Numbered from the stretch's first letter, positions 22,123-32,690 are shown. The stretch: DNA of 64,000 nt from an uncultured Candidatus Rokubacteria bacterium (GCA_963708025.1 CAVPSB010000016.1:128001-192000), one strand, 5' to 3'. Notes: generated from the sequence alone by a model not told the origin. A program made the numbers and translations.

Positions 22123-22893
22123 GTGAGGCTCCGCTGCGGCGCCCGCGAGACCGACTGCCGTCTCGTCATCCTCGACAAGGACGGCACCCTCGTCGACTTC
22201 CGGTCGGTCTGGGTGCCGGTCGTGCAGGCCCGCGCGCGCTTCATCGTCGAGGAGGCCGCCGTCGATCCGGGCCTGGAGTCGGCCCTCCTGCGGGCCTTCG
22301 GCTACGATCCCGACGGCGGCCGCGTCGATCCCCGGGGGCCGCTGGCCATTGCGCCCCGGACCGAGACGACGGTCATCGGCGCGACTCTCCTCTATGGGGC
22401 GGGCCTCTCGTGGGAGGACGCGATGGCCGCCGTGCGGCGGGCGTACCGGCGGGCCGACGAGGCCGTCGACCCAGTCCGCGTGGGGCGGGCGGTTCCCGGC
22501 GTCGAGGCAACGCTGCGCCGGCTCCGGGCCGCCGGGGCGCGGCTGGCGGTCGCCACCACCGACACGACCGCCCAGGCCGAGCGTGGGCTCGCCGCCCTCG
22601 GCTGGGCCGACCTGTTCGAGGCCGTCGTCGGCGCCGACGGCGTGACGCTCCCCAAGCCCCACCCCGAGGCCGTCGAGCTCCTGTGCCGGACGGTCGGCGT
22701 GCCGGCGAGCGAGACCGTCGTCGTCGGCGACGCGGTCGCCGACGTGCTGATGGGCAAGGGTGCCGGGGTGGCGCTGACGGTCGGTGTCCTCACCGGCGTG
22801 ACCACGGCGGCCGAGTTCCGGGACCACGCGGACGTCGTCGTCGACTCCCTCGCCGACATCGGGCCGGCCGCCGGCGGCCCGGCCCGTCCGTGA
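22123..22893 (+). CDS. HAD family hydrolase
   Basis: DKDGTL, ATTD, KPHPE, VGDAVADV. Confidence 0.88.
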   Translation: MRLRCGARETDCRLVILDKDGTLVDFRSVWVPVVQARARFIVEEAAVDPGLESALLRAFGYDPDGGRVDPRGPLAIAPRTETTVIGATLLYGAGLSWEDAMAAVRRAYRRADEAVDPVRVGRAVPGVEATLRRLRAAGARLAVATTDTTAQAERGLAALGWADLFEAVVGADGVTLPKPHPEAVELLCRTVGVPASETVVVGDAVADVLMGKGAGVALTVGVLTGVTTAAEFRDHADVVVDSLADIGPAAGGPARP

Positions 22894-23022
22894 GTCGCCT
22901 ACTGCCGTCCACTGGCGCCCACTACCAGACGTCCATGAAACTGGCCATCCGCGGGCGATTCCGCTAGAGTAGCGGCAGTGACCTCCGGCCGCCTCACCGG
23001 CCGTGGCAGCGAGAAAGGAGCC

Positions 23023-24153
23023 ATGGGAGGACGACGCGTCCTGGTCATTGACGACGAGGCGTTGATCACCGATTCCTTCCGGCTGGTGCTCGAGGCGGAG
23101 GGCTACACGGTCGAGACCGCCGCCTCGGGGGTTCAGGCGCTGGCCGCCGTCGACGCGAGCGACTGGGATTGCGCCTTCGTCGACCTCGTGCTCCCGGACA
23201 TGGACGGGCTGGAGCTGCTCCGTCAGATCCGGGCTCGCCGGCCCGGGCTGCCCGCCGTCGTGATCACGGGACACGGGTCCGGGCTCCGCGGCTTCGCCGC
23301 CCGGGAGGCCGGCGCCTACGCGTTTCTCGAGAAGCCGGGCGACATGACACCCGAGAAGATCCTGACGGTTCTCGCCACCGCCCTAGCCCGCCGGCGCGCC
23401 GAGCAGGAGCTGGAGGCGGCCCGTCACCAGGTGGCGATGAGCGAGAAGCTCTCGACGCTCGGCACCCTCGTCTCCGGCGTGGCCCACGAGATCCGGACCC
23501 CGCTCACCTACGTCACCAACAACCTGTTCCTGATCCGCCAGCGGCTGGAGCACGCGGCCCGGACCCGGCCCGAGCTGGCCGGCCTGGTGGACGAGGTGGC
23601 GCGGTACGGGAAGGCCGCCCTCGATGGGGTGGCCCGGATCGATCGCCTGGTGGAAGACCTCCGCCGGTTCGCCAGGCGCGACGAGGGCGGCCCGGTGGAG
23701 GCCGACCTCCGCGACGTGGTCGGGGTGGCCGTGGACCTCTTCCGCGCCACGCGCCGAGGCCGCATCGAGGTCCGGGCCGAGCTGCGCTCGGTGCCCTGCC
23801 TGCGGCTGGAGACCGGCCAGGTCCAGCAGGTCGTGCTGAACCTGCTCACCAACGCGGCCGAGTCGATGCCCTCCGGCGGCCTCGTCCGCATAACGACCCG
23901 CGCGGTCCCGGGAGGCGGCGAGATCGAGATCGAGGACCACGGCGACGGCATCGCGCCGGACGTCCAGGACCGGCTCTTCCACCCGTTCTTCACCACCAAG
24001 GCGGAGGGAACCGGGCTCGGGCTCTCGATCAGCCAGCGGATCATCGAGTCGCACGGCGGCCACATCCGGTTCGAGAGCCACGTCGGACGGGGGACCACCT
24101 TCTTCGTCTTCCTCCCGCTCCGGGAGGCGGACCGGAGGGAGCTGTCCGCGTAG
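23023..24153 (+). CDS. REC domain fused to histidine kinase
   Basis: VLVIDDE, DLVLPDMDG, GVAHEIRTPL, NLLTNA, FFTTKAEGTGLGL. Confidence 0.9.
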   Translation: MGGRRVLVIDDEALITDSFRLVLEAEGYTVETAASGVQALAAVDASDWDCAFVDLVLPDMDGLELLRQIRARRPGLPAVVITGHGSGLRGFAAREAGAYAFLEKPGDMTPEKILTVLATALARRRAEQELEAARHQVAMSEKLSTLGTLVSGVAHEIRTPLTYVTNNLFLIRQRLEHAARTRPELAGLVDEVARYGKAALDGVARIDRLVEDLRRFARRDEGGPVEADLRDVVGVAVDLFRATRRGRIEVRAELRSVPCLRLETGQVQQVVLNLLTNAAESMPSGGLVRITTRAVPGGGEIEIEDHGDGIAPDVQDRLFHPFFTTKAEGTGLGLSISQRIIESHGGHIRFESHVGRGTTFFVFLPLREADRRELSA

Positions 24154-24261
24154 GGCCCCCCTCGAGGGCCAGGGAGGCGACCGGTCTTCCGGCGGCGAAA
24201 TCCGGAAGGGCGCGCGGGCCGTAGAGCGAGTGCGGAATCAATCTCCCTCGGGACCTCGGGC

Positions 24262-24843
24262 GTGACCGAACAACCCGCCGAGCAGGTGGACGGCCTGACG
24301 CTGGCTCGACGCATGGCCGCCGGCGACGCGGGGGCCTTCACCGCCTTCTACGACCGGTACGCCGACCTCGTCTTCGCGCAGATCCGACGCCTGCTACCCC
24401 AGCCTGCCGAGGGCGAAGAGGTGCTCCAGGAGGTCTTCTGGCAGGCCTGGCGGGAGGCGGCGCGCTACGACCCCAGCCGGGGGACTCCCGAGGCCTGGCT
24501 CCTCAACCGGGCGCGCAGCCGGGCCATCGATCGACTGCGTGCCATCCGTAGGAGAAGCGAGACGTTCGTGCAGCCCAAGGACGACACGATGAGCCAGGCC
24601 CCGGACCGGGCGGCCCCCAACCCCGGGAGCCTGGCCGAGGACCGGACGCTCGTCGAGACCGCGCTGGCGATCCTTCCGGCGGCGCAGCGCCAGGCGATCG
24701 AGCTGGCCTTCTTCGGCGGACTGACGCAGACGGAGATCGCCCAGCGCCTGGGCGAGCCGCTCGGGACCATCAAGACGCGCATCCGCGCCGGTCTGGAGCG
24801 GCTGCGGGGATATTTCCGATCCACCGAGGGCGAGCGCCCATGA
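24262..24843 (+). CDS. ECF RNA polymerase sigma factor (SigK-like)
   Basis: EEVLQEVFWQAW, RSRAIDRLR, GLTQTEIA...PLGTIKTRIR. Confidence 0.9.
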   Translation: MTEQPAEQVDGLTLARRMAAGDAGAFTAFYDRYADLVFAQIRRLLPQPAEGEEVLQEVFWQAWREAARYDPSRGTPEAWLLNRARSRAIDRLRAIRRRSETFVQPKDDTMSQAPDRAAPNPGSLAEDRTLVETALAILPAAQRQAIELAFFGGLTQTEIAQRLGEPLGTIKTRIRAGLERLRGYFRSTEGERP

Positions 24844-25608
24844 GCCACGAGGCGTACGCGGAGCTGGCGGCCGGCTACGCCCTCGACGCGCTGGAGTCCG
24901 AGGAGCGGCAGCAGTTCCAGGCCCACGTGGCGACCGGCTGCCCGGAGTGCCAGACGGCGCTCGCCGACTACGCCGAGACGCTGGTCGCGCTGGTCCGCGA
25001 GCTGCCGCGGGCGCCGGCGCCACCGGAGGTCAAGGCCGCGCTGCTCCGACGGATCGCGACGACGTCGCCGGCACACCGGTCCCGAGCGGGCCCGCTCCCG
25101 GCGGTGGTGGCCGGCCCTCGCGGCCACGGCCCTGGCGGCCGCCGCGGCGCTCCTGCTCTACCTCGGCGTGCAGATGGGCGAGCTCCGGCGCGAGCTGGCG
25201 GCGCTGGCCGAGGAAGCGTCCACCCTGCGGGCGGAGACCGCCCGCCAGCGCGACCTCCTGGCCCTGCTCGGCGCCCCCGGCACCCAGGCCGTCGCCCTCG
25301 AAGGCCGGCCCTCGAGTCCGGCCGCTCGCGGGCGCATGTGGTGGAACGGCGAGCGCCGCGCCGGCCTCTTCGTGGCCAGCGGGCTCCCACCCCTCCCCGC
25401 CGGCATGACCTATCAGCTCTGGATCATCAGCGAGGGCAAGCCGATCAGCGCGGGAACCTTCGCCGTGGACCCGCGAGGCGAGGGCGCGTTGCGGGTGGAG
25501 CCCCTGTCGGGGGCGATCCGGGCGGAAGTCTTCGCGGTCACCCTGGAGCCGGCCGGCGGCCGGCCAGTCCCCTCGGGCGAGATGTACCTGGCCGGCAAGG
25601 CCACGTAG
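24840..25608 (+). CDS. Anti-sigma factor (RskA-like) with zinc-finger N-terminus, frameshifted at about 25090
   Basis: YALDALE...HVATGCPEC; C-terminal YQLWII, PISAG, FAVTLEPAGG. Confidence 0.85.
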
Positions 25609-25729
25609 CGCCCTCGCGGCGGGCCGACGCTCGTCGGCTGAGCCGAGGGGGACGCTCCGGACAATTACGAACCCACCCGGTACCGGCTGGTCGTCTCAAC
25701 GAAACCGGCCACTTAGTTAAACTAAGTCA

Positions 25730-26052
25730 ATGCCGCTTTCAAGGCTCACGATAGGACTCGGCTTGATCGTCGTCTTGGCCGGTTGCGCCGGCCGGATGAC
25801 GAGTCAGAAGTTCGACCGCGCCTTTCCACCCGCTTCCACCGTTGGGCCCACGAGGGAGCCCGACGATTCAGTTCAGATGAAGCGCGGCAGGCAGCCGCCC
25901 TGGGCTACCTGGACGCGATTGATCCTGACCACCTCTGGGAGGCCATGCTCCACGAGGCTGGAAAGTCCGTGCCCGAGTCAGAGCGGATGGAGTTCTTCCG
26001 TCTAGTCGATCAAGCAATGCCGCGCGAAGACCTCCAGCCCTTGGGAACCTAA
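25730..26052 (+). pseudogene. Possible small lipoprotein gene, frameshifted or degraded
   Basis: Lipobox LAGC after a hydrophobic stretch; the overlapping ORF 25783..26052 may be its continuation. Confidence 0.3.
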
Positions 26053-26295
26053 GTGGAAGAATATTGCCGATGATCTGCATATCGGTGGCTTTGACCTGAT
26101 GCGACTAGCGCTGGCCAAGCGCTCAGCTTTCCGACGTCCGGCCCATCCTTCCGGGCTCCCCGCCGGCGTTCAGGTCGCCCTCGTTGGCGAAACGTCCCTA
26201 TTCTGACAATAGCTTAAGGCCAGCCACCTTCTCTACAGGTGGTAGGGATCCTCGCGACTGACGTCACAGCTTTTCTGTCTTCCTGCGACATGTAT

Positions 26296-26311
26296 TGGCA
26301 CCGGAGATGCT
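26296..26311 (+). promoter_or_regulatory. Sigma-54 (-24/-12) promoter candidate for wzm-wzt
   Basis: TGGCACCGGAGATGCT (GG-N10-GC), about 20 nt before the ATG at 26333. Confidence 0.6.
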
Positions 26312-26332
26312 ACAGACTGTGCCGATCTATCG

Positions 26333-27142
26333 ATGCTGAGAGATCGACCTGGTGCGACGTCGCAGGGTGGGAGCGCGGATCGCCCTAGACGGCACGTCCG
26401 CGACCTGCTCTACGTCCTCGTCGGTCGCGACATCAAGCTGCGCTACAGGGACTCCGTTCTGGGCGTGCTTTGGTCGTTGTTGAATCCACTGGCCCACCTG
26501 GTGGTTCTGGTATTCGTCTTCCAGTGGGTCGCGCCGCTGAACATCCCGAACTATCCACTGTTCGTGTTCACCGGGGTGTTGGCGTGGAGCTGGTTCAGTG
26601 CCGCCCTGCCGGCGGCCACCATCTCTATCACGAGCAATCGCCAGCTGATTCGACAGCCCGGGTTTCCCGCGGCTATCTTGCCCGCGGTGCCGGTGCTGTC
26701 GAGTCTCGTGCACTTCGCCATCGCGATGGCCCTCGTCCTCGTGGTCCTGGTGATCAGCGGCGGCTGGCTGACCCCGGCCGTCCTTGCGCTCCCGTTGGTC
26801 GTGGCCCTCCAGTTCCTGGTCACCCTCAGCCTTGGGTACGTCACGGCCACTGTCCAGGTGCGCTTTCGCGATACCGCTTACCTCCTCGCGATGCTGCTGC
26901 TCCTGGGGTTCTTCCTCACCCCGGTGTTCTATCGACCGGGTCTGGTTCCGACGGCCTATCAGGTCGTTTACGTCCTGAACCCGATGGCCCATCTCATCGG
27001 CGCCTACCGCGACATCCTGATCGCGGGACAGTGGCCCGATATCCCGGGCCTCTTGGCCGTCGGGGCGGCCGCGACAGCCCTGCTCTGGCTCGGGCATCGA
27101 ATGTTCCATCGCGCCAGCGTGAGCTTCGCCGAGGAGACGTGA
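26333..27142 (+). CDS. wzm: ABC-2 polysaccharide export permease
   Basis: RDIKLRYRDSVLGVLWSLLNPL, FRDT, FFLTPVFY, LNPM. Confidence 0.92.
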   Translation: MLRDRPGATSQGGSADRPRRHVRDLLYVLVGRDIKLRYRDSVLGVLWSLLNPLAHLVVLVFVFQWVAPLNIPNYPLFVFTGVLAWSWFSAALPAATISITSNRQLIRQPGFPAAILPAVPVLSSLVHFAIAMALVLVVLVISGGWLTPAVLALPLVVALQFLVTLSLGYVTATVQVRFRDTAYLLAMLLLLGFFLTPVFYRPGLVPTAYQVVYVLNPMAHLIGAYRDILIAGQWPDIPGLLAVGAAATALLWLGHRMFHRASVSFAEET

Positions 27143-28450
27143 GTGCAGGACGCCATCGTCGTCGAGGGCGTCGGGAAGCTGTTCCGACGTCATGCGGATC
27201 GCCCCCGCAGCCTGTCCGAGCACGTGCTCCAAGGATTGCGACGGCGGCAGCCACCGGAATGCTTCTGGGCGCTGCGGGATGTCAGCTTTCGCGTAGGGCG
27301 GGGACGGGCCCTCGGGGTCATCGGCAAGAACGGCGCGGGGAAGTCGACGCTGCTCCGGCTCGTGGGCGGAATCGGCCAGGCCACCGAAGGGCGGCTCATG
27401 ACGTATGGGCGCGTCCGCGCCCTGCTCGATCTGGGATCGAGCTTCCACCACGATCTGACTGGCCGGGAGAACGTGATCGTCGCCGGCGTGGTGGCTGGAC
27501 TCACCCGGCGTCAGGTCCTGGAGCGGTTCAACGACATCGTGGACTTCGCCGAGCTCGAGACATTCATCGACCAGCCAACTCGTACGTTCAGCAGCGGGAT
27601 GCTGATGCGTCTGGCATTCGCGGTGGCCGTGCACACGGATCCTGAGATTCTCCTGGTGGACGAGCTGCTCGCGGTGGGCGATGTGGGGTTCCAGTACAAG
27701 TGCCTCGAGCGAATCGCCCGGTTCAAGCAAGACGGCTGCGCGATTCTCCTGGTCTCGCACGACATGGCGACCATGGAGGCTCAGTGCGACGACATGCTGT
27801 GGCTGCGCGACGGACGGACCGAGGCGTACGGTCAGCCGAAGGACGTCATCGGGCGCTACGTCGACGAGTCGATGGCCGAGACACGCCGTCGGATGGCGCC
27901 GGGTCGTCCCGCGGCCCGAGCCTCCAGCGGACGCGAGCTACGCCTCAACGAGAACCGCTTCGGCTCGCTCGAGCTCGAGATCACCGCGGTGAGGATCCTC
28001 GATGATCGGGGCGAGCCGATCGAAGAGATCGAGCCCGGCGCTGCGGTCACGATCGAGATCGAATACCACAGCCCGCGGCCTGTCTCCTGTCCGCATTTCG
28101 GCGTGACCATCTCCCGGCCTGACGAGTTCGTGTGCTTCGAGGTCACCACGGCCGCAGATGGGCACGTCCTGCCGGATCTCGTCGGGCGCGGCCGGGTCGG
28201 ACTCGCCATGGAGAGGCTCGATCTGTCCGCCGGCGAATATTTCATCAACGTCAGCGCCTACGAGCGGGAATGGTCGTATACCTACGATTCGCACTGGCAC
28301 GTGTACTCGCTGCGGGTCCGGGCGAGCAACTCCGGCAAGGGGCTTCTCCGGATGCCGCATCGGTGGCGCTTCGAGGTCAACGGCAAGAGGAGTGACCTTC
28401 CCCAGCGACCGGCGTCGAGCGCACCTGGCCCGGCGATGCGGGAGCAGTAG
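27143..28450 (+). CDS. wzt: Polysaccharide ABC transporter ATPase with C-terminal Wzt_C domain
   Basis: FWALRDVSF, GKNGAGKST, FSSGMLMRLAF, DELLAVGD, followed by an Ig-like C-terminal domain. Confidence 0.92.
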   Translation: MQDAIVVEGVGKLFRRHADRPRSLSEHVLQGLRRRQPPECFWALRDVSFRVGRGRALGVIGKNGAGKSTLLRLVGGIGQATEGRLMTYGRVRALLDLGSSFHHDLTGRENVIVAGVVAGLTRRQVLERFNDIVDFAELETFIDQPTRTFSSGMLMRLAFAVAVHTDPEILLVDELLAVGDVGFQYKCLERIARFKQDGCAILLVSHDMATMEAQCDDMLWLRDGRTEAYGQPKDVIGRYVDESMAETRRRMAPGRPAARASSGRELRLNENRFGSLELEITAVRILDDRGEPIEEIEPGAAVTIEIEYHSPRPVSCPHFGVTISRPDEFVCFEVTTAADGHVLPDLVGRGRVGLAMERLDLSAGEYFINVSAYEREWSYTYDSHWHVYSLRVRASNSGKGLLRMPHRWRFEVNGKRSDLPQRPASSAPGPAMREQ

Positions 28451-28458
28451 AGGCACGT

Positions 28459-31400
28459 ATGCGAGTGCTCATCGTGTCGGCCTACCCACCCGATCCTGCC
28501 CCCGAGGCCAACCACGCCCTCCACATCAGCGAGCATCTGGCCGAGGCCGGAGTCGATGTCCACGTCCTGTGCAAGAGGGGGAGCATAGCCGTCGGGACGC
28601 GCCGGAACATCGTCGTGCATCCAGTCATCGCCGACTGGACCTGGTCGGATCTTCCGAGAGTGGTAAGGTGCCTGAGACGGTCCCGTCCAGACGTCGTTCT
28701 CCTCCTCTACATCGGCTGGGTCTACGACAACGAGCCGATGATCACGTTCCTGCCGACTATCTGCAAGGCAGCCCTCCCCGGCGTGCCGTGCGTGACACAG
28801 TTCGAGATCGTCGATCTCGGAACCCCCCGTCGATCGTTGTCGACACGCGCGCTGCGCAAGGCAGCGGCGCTCTTGGCGGGCTGGAAGAATGTGCATTACC
28901 TGTTCGGGACGCTGTTGCGCGATAGCGCCCGGGTCATCGCCCTCAGCAGTCCTCACCGGGCCCGACTCTTGGCCCACGACCCCGCGGTCGAGGAGAAGAG
29001 CGCGGTCATGCCGCCACCGCCGCTCATCCGTGTCTGTGGCGATGATCCCGCCACGACCCGGAGGCGAACGCGCGAGGCGATCGGGGCGGCTGAGAACGAT
29101 TTTGTCCTGATGTACTGGGGATATATCTACCCAGGCAAGGGCGTGGAGACTCTCCTGGAGGCGTTTCGGATGGTATGCGATCGGCATCCGGGCATGCGCC
29201 TGCTCATCGTGGGGGGGAGCCTCGATGTCCCGACGGGGCCGATCAGCCGCGACTACTTTCAGACGGTCCGCCAGCTCCCAGAAGAGCTGGGCATTGCCGA
29301 GCGGGTCGTCTGGACGGGGCATTTCACTTGGGACAGCGACGCCGGATCCCGGTATCTGCACGCCGGCGACCTCTGTGTTCTGCCGTTCCACTACGGGGTG
29401 ACGCTGAACAACAGCTCGCTCGCCGCGGCGGCCACGCACGGTCTCCCTGTGATCGCCACGGAATTGTCGAAAGGACGGGACGAGGCACTGGAGCACGGCC
29501 GGAACATCTACCTGTGCCGGGCGCGGGACGCACAAGCCCTTGCCGAGGCAATCGATCTGATCGGACACAGCACCGAGTTGCGTGAGCGCTTGCGAGCGGG
29601 GATTCGTGGCCTCGCAGCCGACTGGCACCGTTGGGACAGGATGACTCAGCGCATGATCGGGATACTGGGATCGGCGATTCCGCGCAGGCGGTCAGGCGAC
29701 CAGCCGGTAGGCCCGGCGAACGCCATACGGCGTTCTTCATCGACGTGGTCGGAGCTCGATGCAGACGTCGGCGGTGGAGCCACTCCGCTGGTGTCGGTGA
29801 TCGTCGCCGCCTACAACGTCGGACAATACCTCAGTCACTGCCTCGACTCCCTGGTCAATCAGACGCTGAAGAATGTCGAGATCATCGTCGTCGACGACGC
29901 GTCACAAGACAACAGCGCGGCGATCCTCAGTGAGTACAAGGCGCGACATCCGCATCTCGTCCGGGTCGTGACCTGCGAGCACAACATGGGCCTGGCGAGC
30001 GTCCGGAACATCGGGATGAGGCTCGCGAGAGGCGAGTACATTGCGTTCACGGATGGGGATGATTGGGCCGATATACGGATGTGCGAAGTCACGTACCAGC
30101 GAGCCCACGACGACGGCTCGGACGTCGTCATCGCGGACGCCACCGTGTTCTACGAGGACTCCAAGACGTTCGGGCCGTTCTTCGATCAGCACATCCGGAG
30201 GGCACTGGACCCCCAACTGAGAGCCACGCCATTCGAGCTGAGCCGGGACCTGCGCGTGATGTTGCTCGAACCGGTCGCATGGACGAAGCTCTACAGACGA
30301 ACATTCCTGCAGAAGCACGCCCTGGAGTTCGAGGATGGAATGAACTCCTATGAGGACATCTGCTTCCACTTCTCCGTCCTGTTGAAGGCCACGAGAATAT
30401 CGCTTCTCGATACGGCGCTGTTCTTTTACCGACAGAACCGGCCGGGTCAGATATCGGCGCGGACGAACCGAAAGGTCTTCGAGGTGTTCGAAGTGTTCGA
30501 CGCGATCCGAAAGAATCTCACGACCTGGGAAGTCTCCCCTGACATCTGGATGCTGCTCGCCCGGGTGCAGCTGCGACAGTTCGACTGGTTACTGAAAGAC
30601 AGGGTTCAATCCCGCCACAAGCGCGAGTTCCTGGCGTCCGCGGCGAAACAGTTGCGGATGATCCCTGAGAGCGCCACTCGACGGTTCCTCCGGCAGGCGA
30701 CACCGGAGGAGCTGTCGAGATTTGTATGCATGCGGCGGAGCTGGCTGTACGCGTACGAACGGGTCGCACGAGGCGAGTGGCCGCTGCTCAGGCTGGTCTG
30801 CCTCGTGCTGAACGGGCGCCGGCCAGGTGTTCATCGACGGCTCGGCTTCGGGCGCCTGCGGCAGCGAGCGAGGTCCGTGGCTCGGTCGTTCGTCGAAACG
30901 TTGCGCGGTTCGGCAACCCTGGCTGCGCGGCCGGAGGCGATCGAGGCTCGGTCGGCGGAACTCCATGAGCTGACCGCGCGGGGTGAGGAACCGCTGGTCG
31001 AGGTCCGTCAGGTCCACGAGCAGGAGCTTGTTCTGGCTCGGCCCGACAAGGCCGGACTGTCCGACGCGCTGCGCCGGATGGAAACCGACTATTACCTCTC
31101 GCGGGCCGCGATCTTCCGCGAGGGAGACATCGTGGTCGACGTCGGCGCACACGTCGGGGTGGTGTCGATCTACCTCGGCAGGAAGTACCCCTTCATACGG
31201 GTCTACGCCGTGGAGCCCGAACCGACGAACTTCGAGTGCCTGAAGCGGAACATCGAGCTGAATGGCGCCTGGAACGTTACCGCGATCAACAAGGCCGTTT
31301 CCGAGGATGGACAGAAGCGAAGGTTGTCCGAAGCCGCAGCCGTCTTCACGACCACTGAAGCAGGTCCTGCCCGGAGTCGCCTTGCCGATCGAATGCGTGG

Positions 31401-31596
31401 CCATGGTTGGAAACACCTCCGAGACGCTGGTCGTCGTCGCCCGGGGCCCCGATGGGCGCACGTCGTTTTCGTGGGCCAAGCGGCTCGACTATGCCCTTCA
31501 TCAGCTGCCTCTCGAGCTCTGGGGCGACCCCGAGCATGTCGTCCGAACCGTGGGCGTCCACAACGAGATCGTACGGGGTCTGGCCGCCCAGCATGA
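28459..31596 (+). CDS. GT4 + GT2 glycosyltransferase + FkbM-type methyltransferase fusion, FkbM domain truncated at about 31325
   Basis: GT-B motifs (YWGYIYPGKG, GLPVIAT); GT-A motifs (VSVIVAAYN, VDDAS, FTDGDD, YED); FkbM motifs (VVDVGAHVG, VYAVEP). Confidence 0.85.
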   Translation: MRVLIVSAYPPDPAPEANHALHISEHLAEAGVDVHVLCKRGSIAVGTRRNIVVHPVIADWTWSDLPRVVRCLRRSRPDVVLLLYIGWVYDNEPMITFLPTICKAALPGVPCVTQFEIVDLGTPRRSLSTRALRKAAALLAGWKNVHYLFGTLLRDSARVIALSSPHRARLLAHDPAVEEKSAVMPPPPLIRVCGDDPATTRRRTREAIGAAENDFVLMYWGYIYPGKGVETLLEAFRMVCDRHPGMRLLIVGGSLDVPTGPISRDYFQTVRQLPEELGIAERVVWTGHFTWDSDAGSRYLHAGDLCVLPFHYGVTLNNSSLAAAATHGLPVIATELSKGRDEALEHGRNIYLCRARDAQALAEAIDLIGHSTELRERLRAGIRGLAADWHRWDRMTQRMIGILGSAIPRRRSGDQPVGPANAIRRSSSTWSELDADVGGGATPLVSVIVAAYNVGQYLSHCLDSLVNQTLKNVEIIVVDDASQDNSAAILSEYKARHPHLVRVVTCEHNMGLASVRNIGMRLARGEYIAFTDGDDWADIRMCEVTYQRAHDDGSDVVIADATVFYEDSKTFGPFFDQHIRRALDPQLRATPFELSRDLRVMLLEPVAWTKLYRRTFLQKHALEFEDGMNSYEDICFHFSVLLKATRISLLDTALFFYRQNRPGQISARTNRKVFEVFEVFDAIRKNLTTWEVSPDIWMLLARVQLRQFDWLLKDRVQSRHKREFLASAAKQLRMIPESATRRFLRQATPEELSRFVCMRRSWLYAYERVARGEWPLLRLVCLVLNGRRPGVHRRLGFGRLRQRARSVARSFVETLRGSATLAARPEAIEARSAELHELTARGEEPLVEVRQVHEQELVLARPDKAGLSDALRRMETDYYLSRAAIFREGDIVVDVGAHVGVVSIYLGRKYPFIRVYAVEPEPTNFECLKRNIELNGAWNVTAINKAVSEDGQKRRLSEAAAVFTTTEAGPARSRLADRMRGHGWKHLRDAGRRRPGPRWAHVVFVGQAARLCPSSAASRALGRPRACRPNRGRPQRDRTGSGRPA

Positions 31597-31726
31597 AGGC
31601 GTTCTGTTCGTGGACCAGGCGCGTCTGATGCCCGGGTCCGGCCTCTACTTCAATGACCCCTGCCATTTCACCGTCATCGGGGCCACGAAGTTCGTCGAGA
31701 ATCTGCTCGGGGTTCTGCTCCCGTGA
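31330..31726 (+). pseudogene. C-terminal fragment of an SGNH/GDSL hydrolase-like protein
   Basis: HNEIVR...LFVDQARLM...YFNDPCHFT (DxxH) in a different frame from the FkbM domain. Confidence 0.55.
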
Positions 31727-32513
31727 ACGAGGCCGCGCGCGCAACGGGAGTACGTGAGGGCCGGGCTTTCAGGGCTGCTCGAGGGGGTTATGGCGTGTTG
31801 CACAGGATATCTGCGCGCGCGGCCTGATGCCGGCGATCCCTGCGGAGTATCAGGCGTTACTTCTTCCGTTCTCAGCAGTGCTTCGTCTTTGGTAGCGGAC
31901 TCGCCGGTCCACCCGCGGATGACCGTGTCGGCGACATCGTGTTCCGGCTCGCAACACCGCCCGATCTCGAGCATCTTGACGAGCTCGAGCGCTTTGGCCG
32001 GGGTTCACGCCAGGCGCGCTCATGTCGAGCAGGAGAATGACTGGCTCTTCGTGCCACGGTGATCGTGGCAACAGCCCGGTACGGCCGCGTGATACGGGAT
32101 GAGGTGATCTCACGAGTGGTCCAACTCGGACCAGGGCAGATCAGCCAACCCGCGAGGTCACATGATGCGCCCAGAGGCGTCCGAAGGTCACGAATGGAGT
32201 GCCGGTACATTTCGTGCAGGATCTCTGGCCCCCGACTCCATGGAAGAACACACGGCAGCTGAGGCCAGCGGAACGGATTGCCCCGATCACTCGAGAATTC
32301 CGCACCAGCTCGGCACTTCCTCCAGGTGGCAGTTGCGGCTCTCAGATGAGACTGCGCCGATGAGGGACGGCCGAGCGCGCGCAGTGTTTCGCCGAGCGAC
32401 ACGCGTCGTTCAATCCGTGACGCGGAGGTCGGGAGGATTCACGGGACTGACGGGATCGAACGGGCCGATTCGATCGCGGCCATCCGGGATGCGGTGCGGA
32501 CACTCCTCGACGA

Positions 32514-32690
32514 TTGAGCCGGCGCCGGGCCGAGTCCGTCCGCCGCTTCATCGTGGAGAAGGGGATCGATCTCCACCGAGTCCAGACCATCGGCCTCGGC
32601 GAGGCCCGCCCGGCCGCCGCCAACACCACCAAGCAGGGCCGGGACCAGAACCGGCGCGTTGCCGTCCGGCTCGTGACCCCGAGCGAGTAA
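32514..32690 (+). pseudogene. OmpA-family peptidoglycan-binding domain remnant
   Basis: Manual translation LSRRRAESVRRFIVEKGIDLHRVQTIGLGEARPAAANTTKQGRDQNRRV. The N-terminal GHTD part is absent. Confidence 0.75.
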
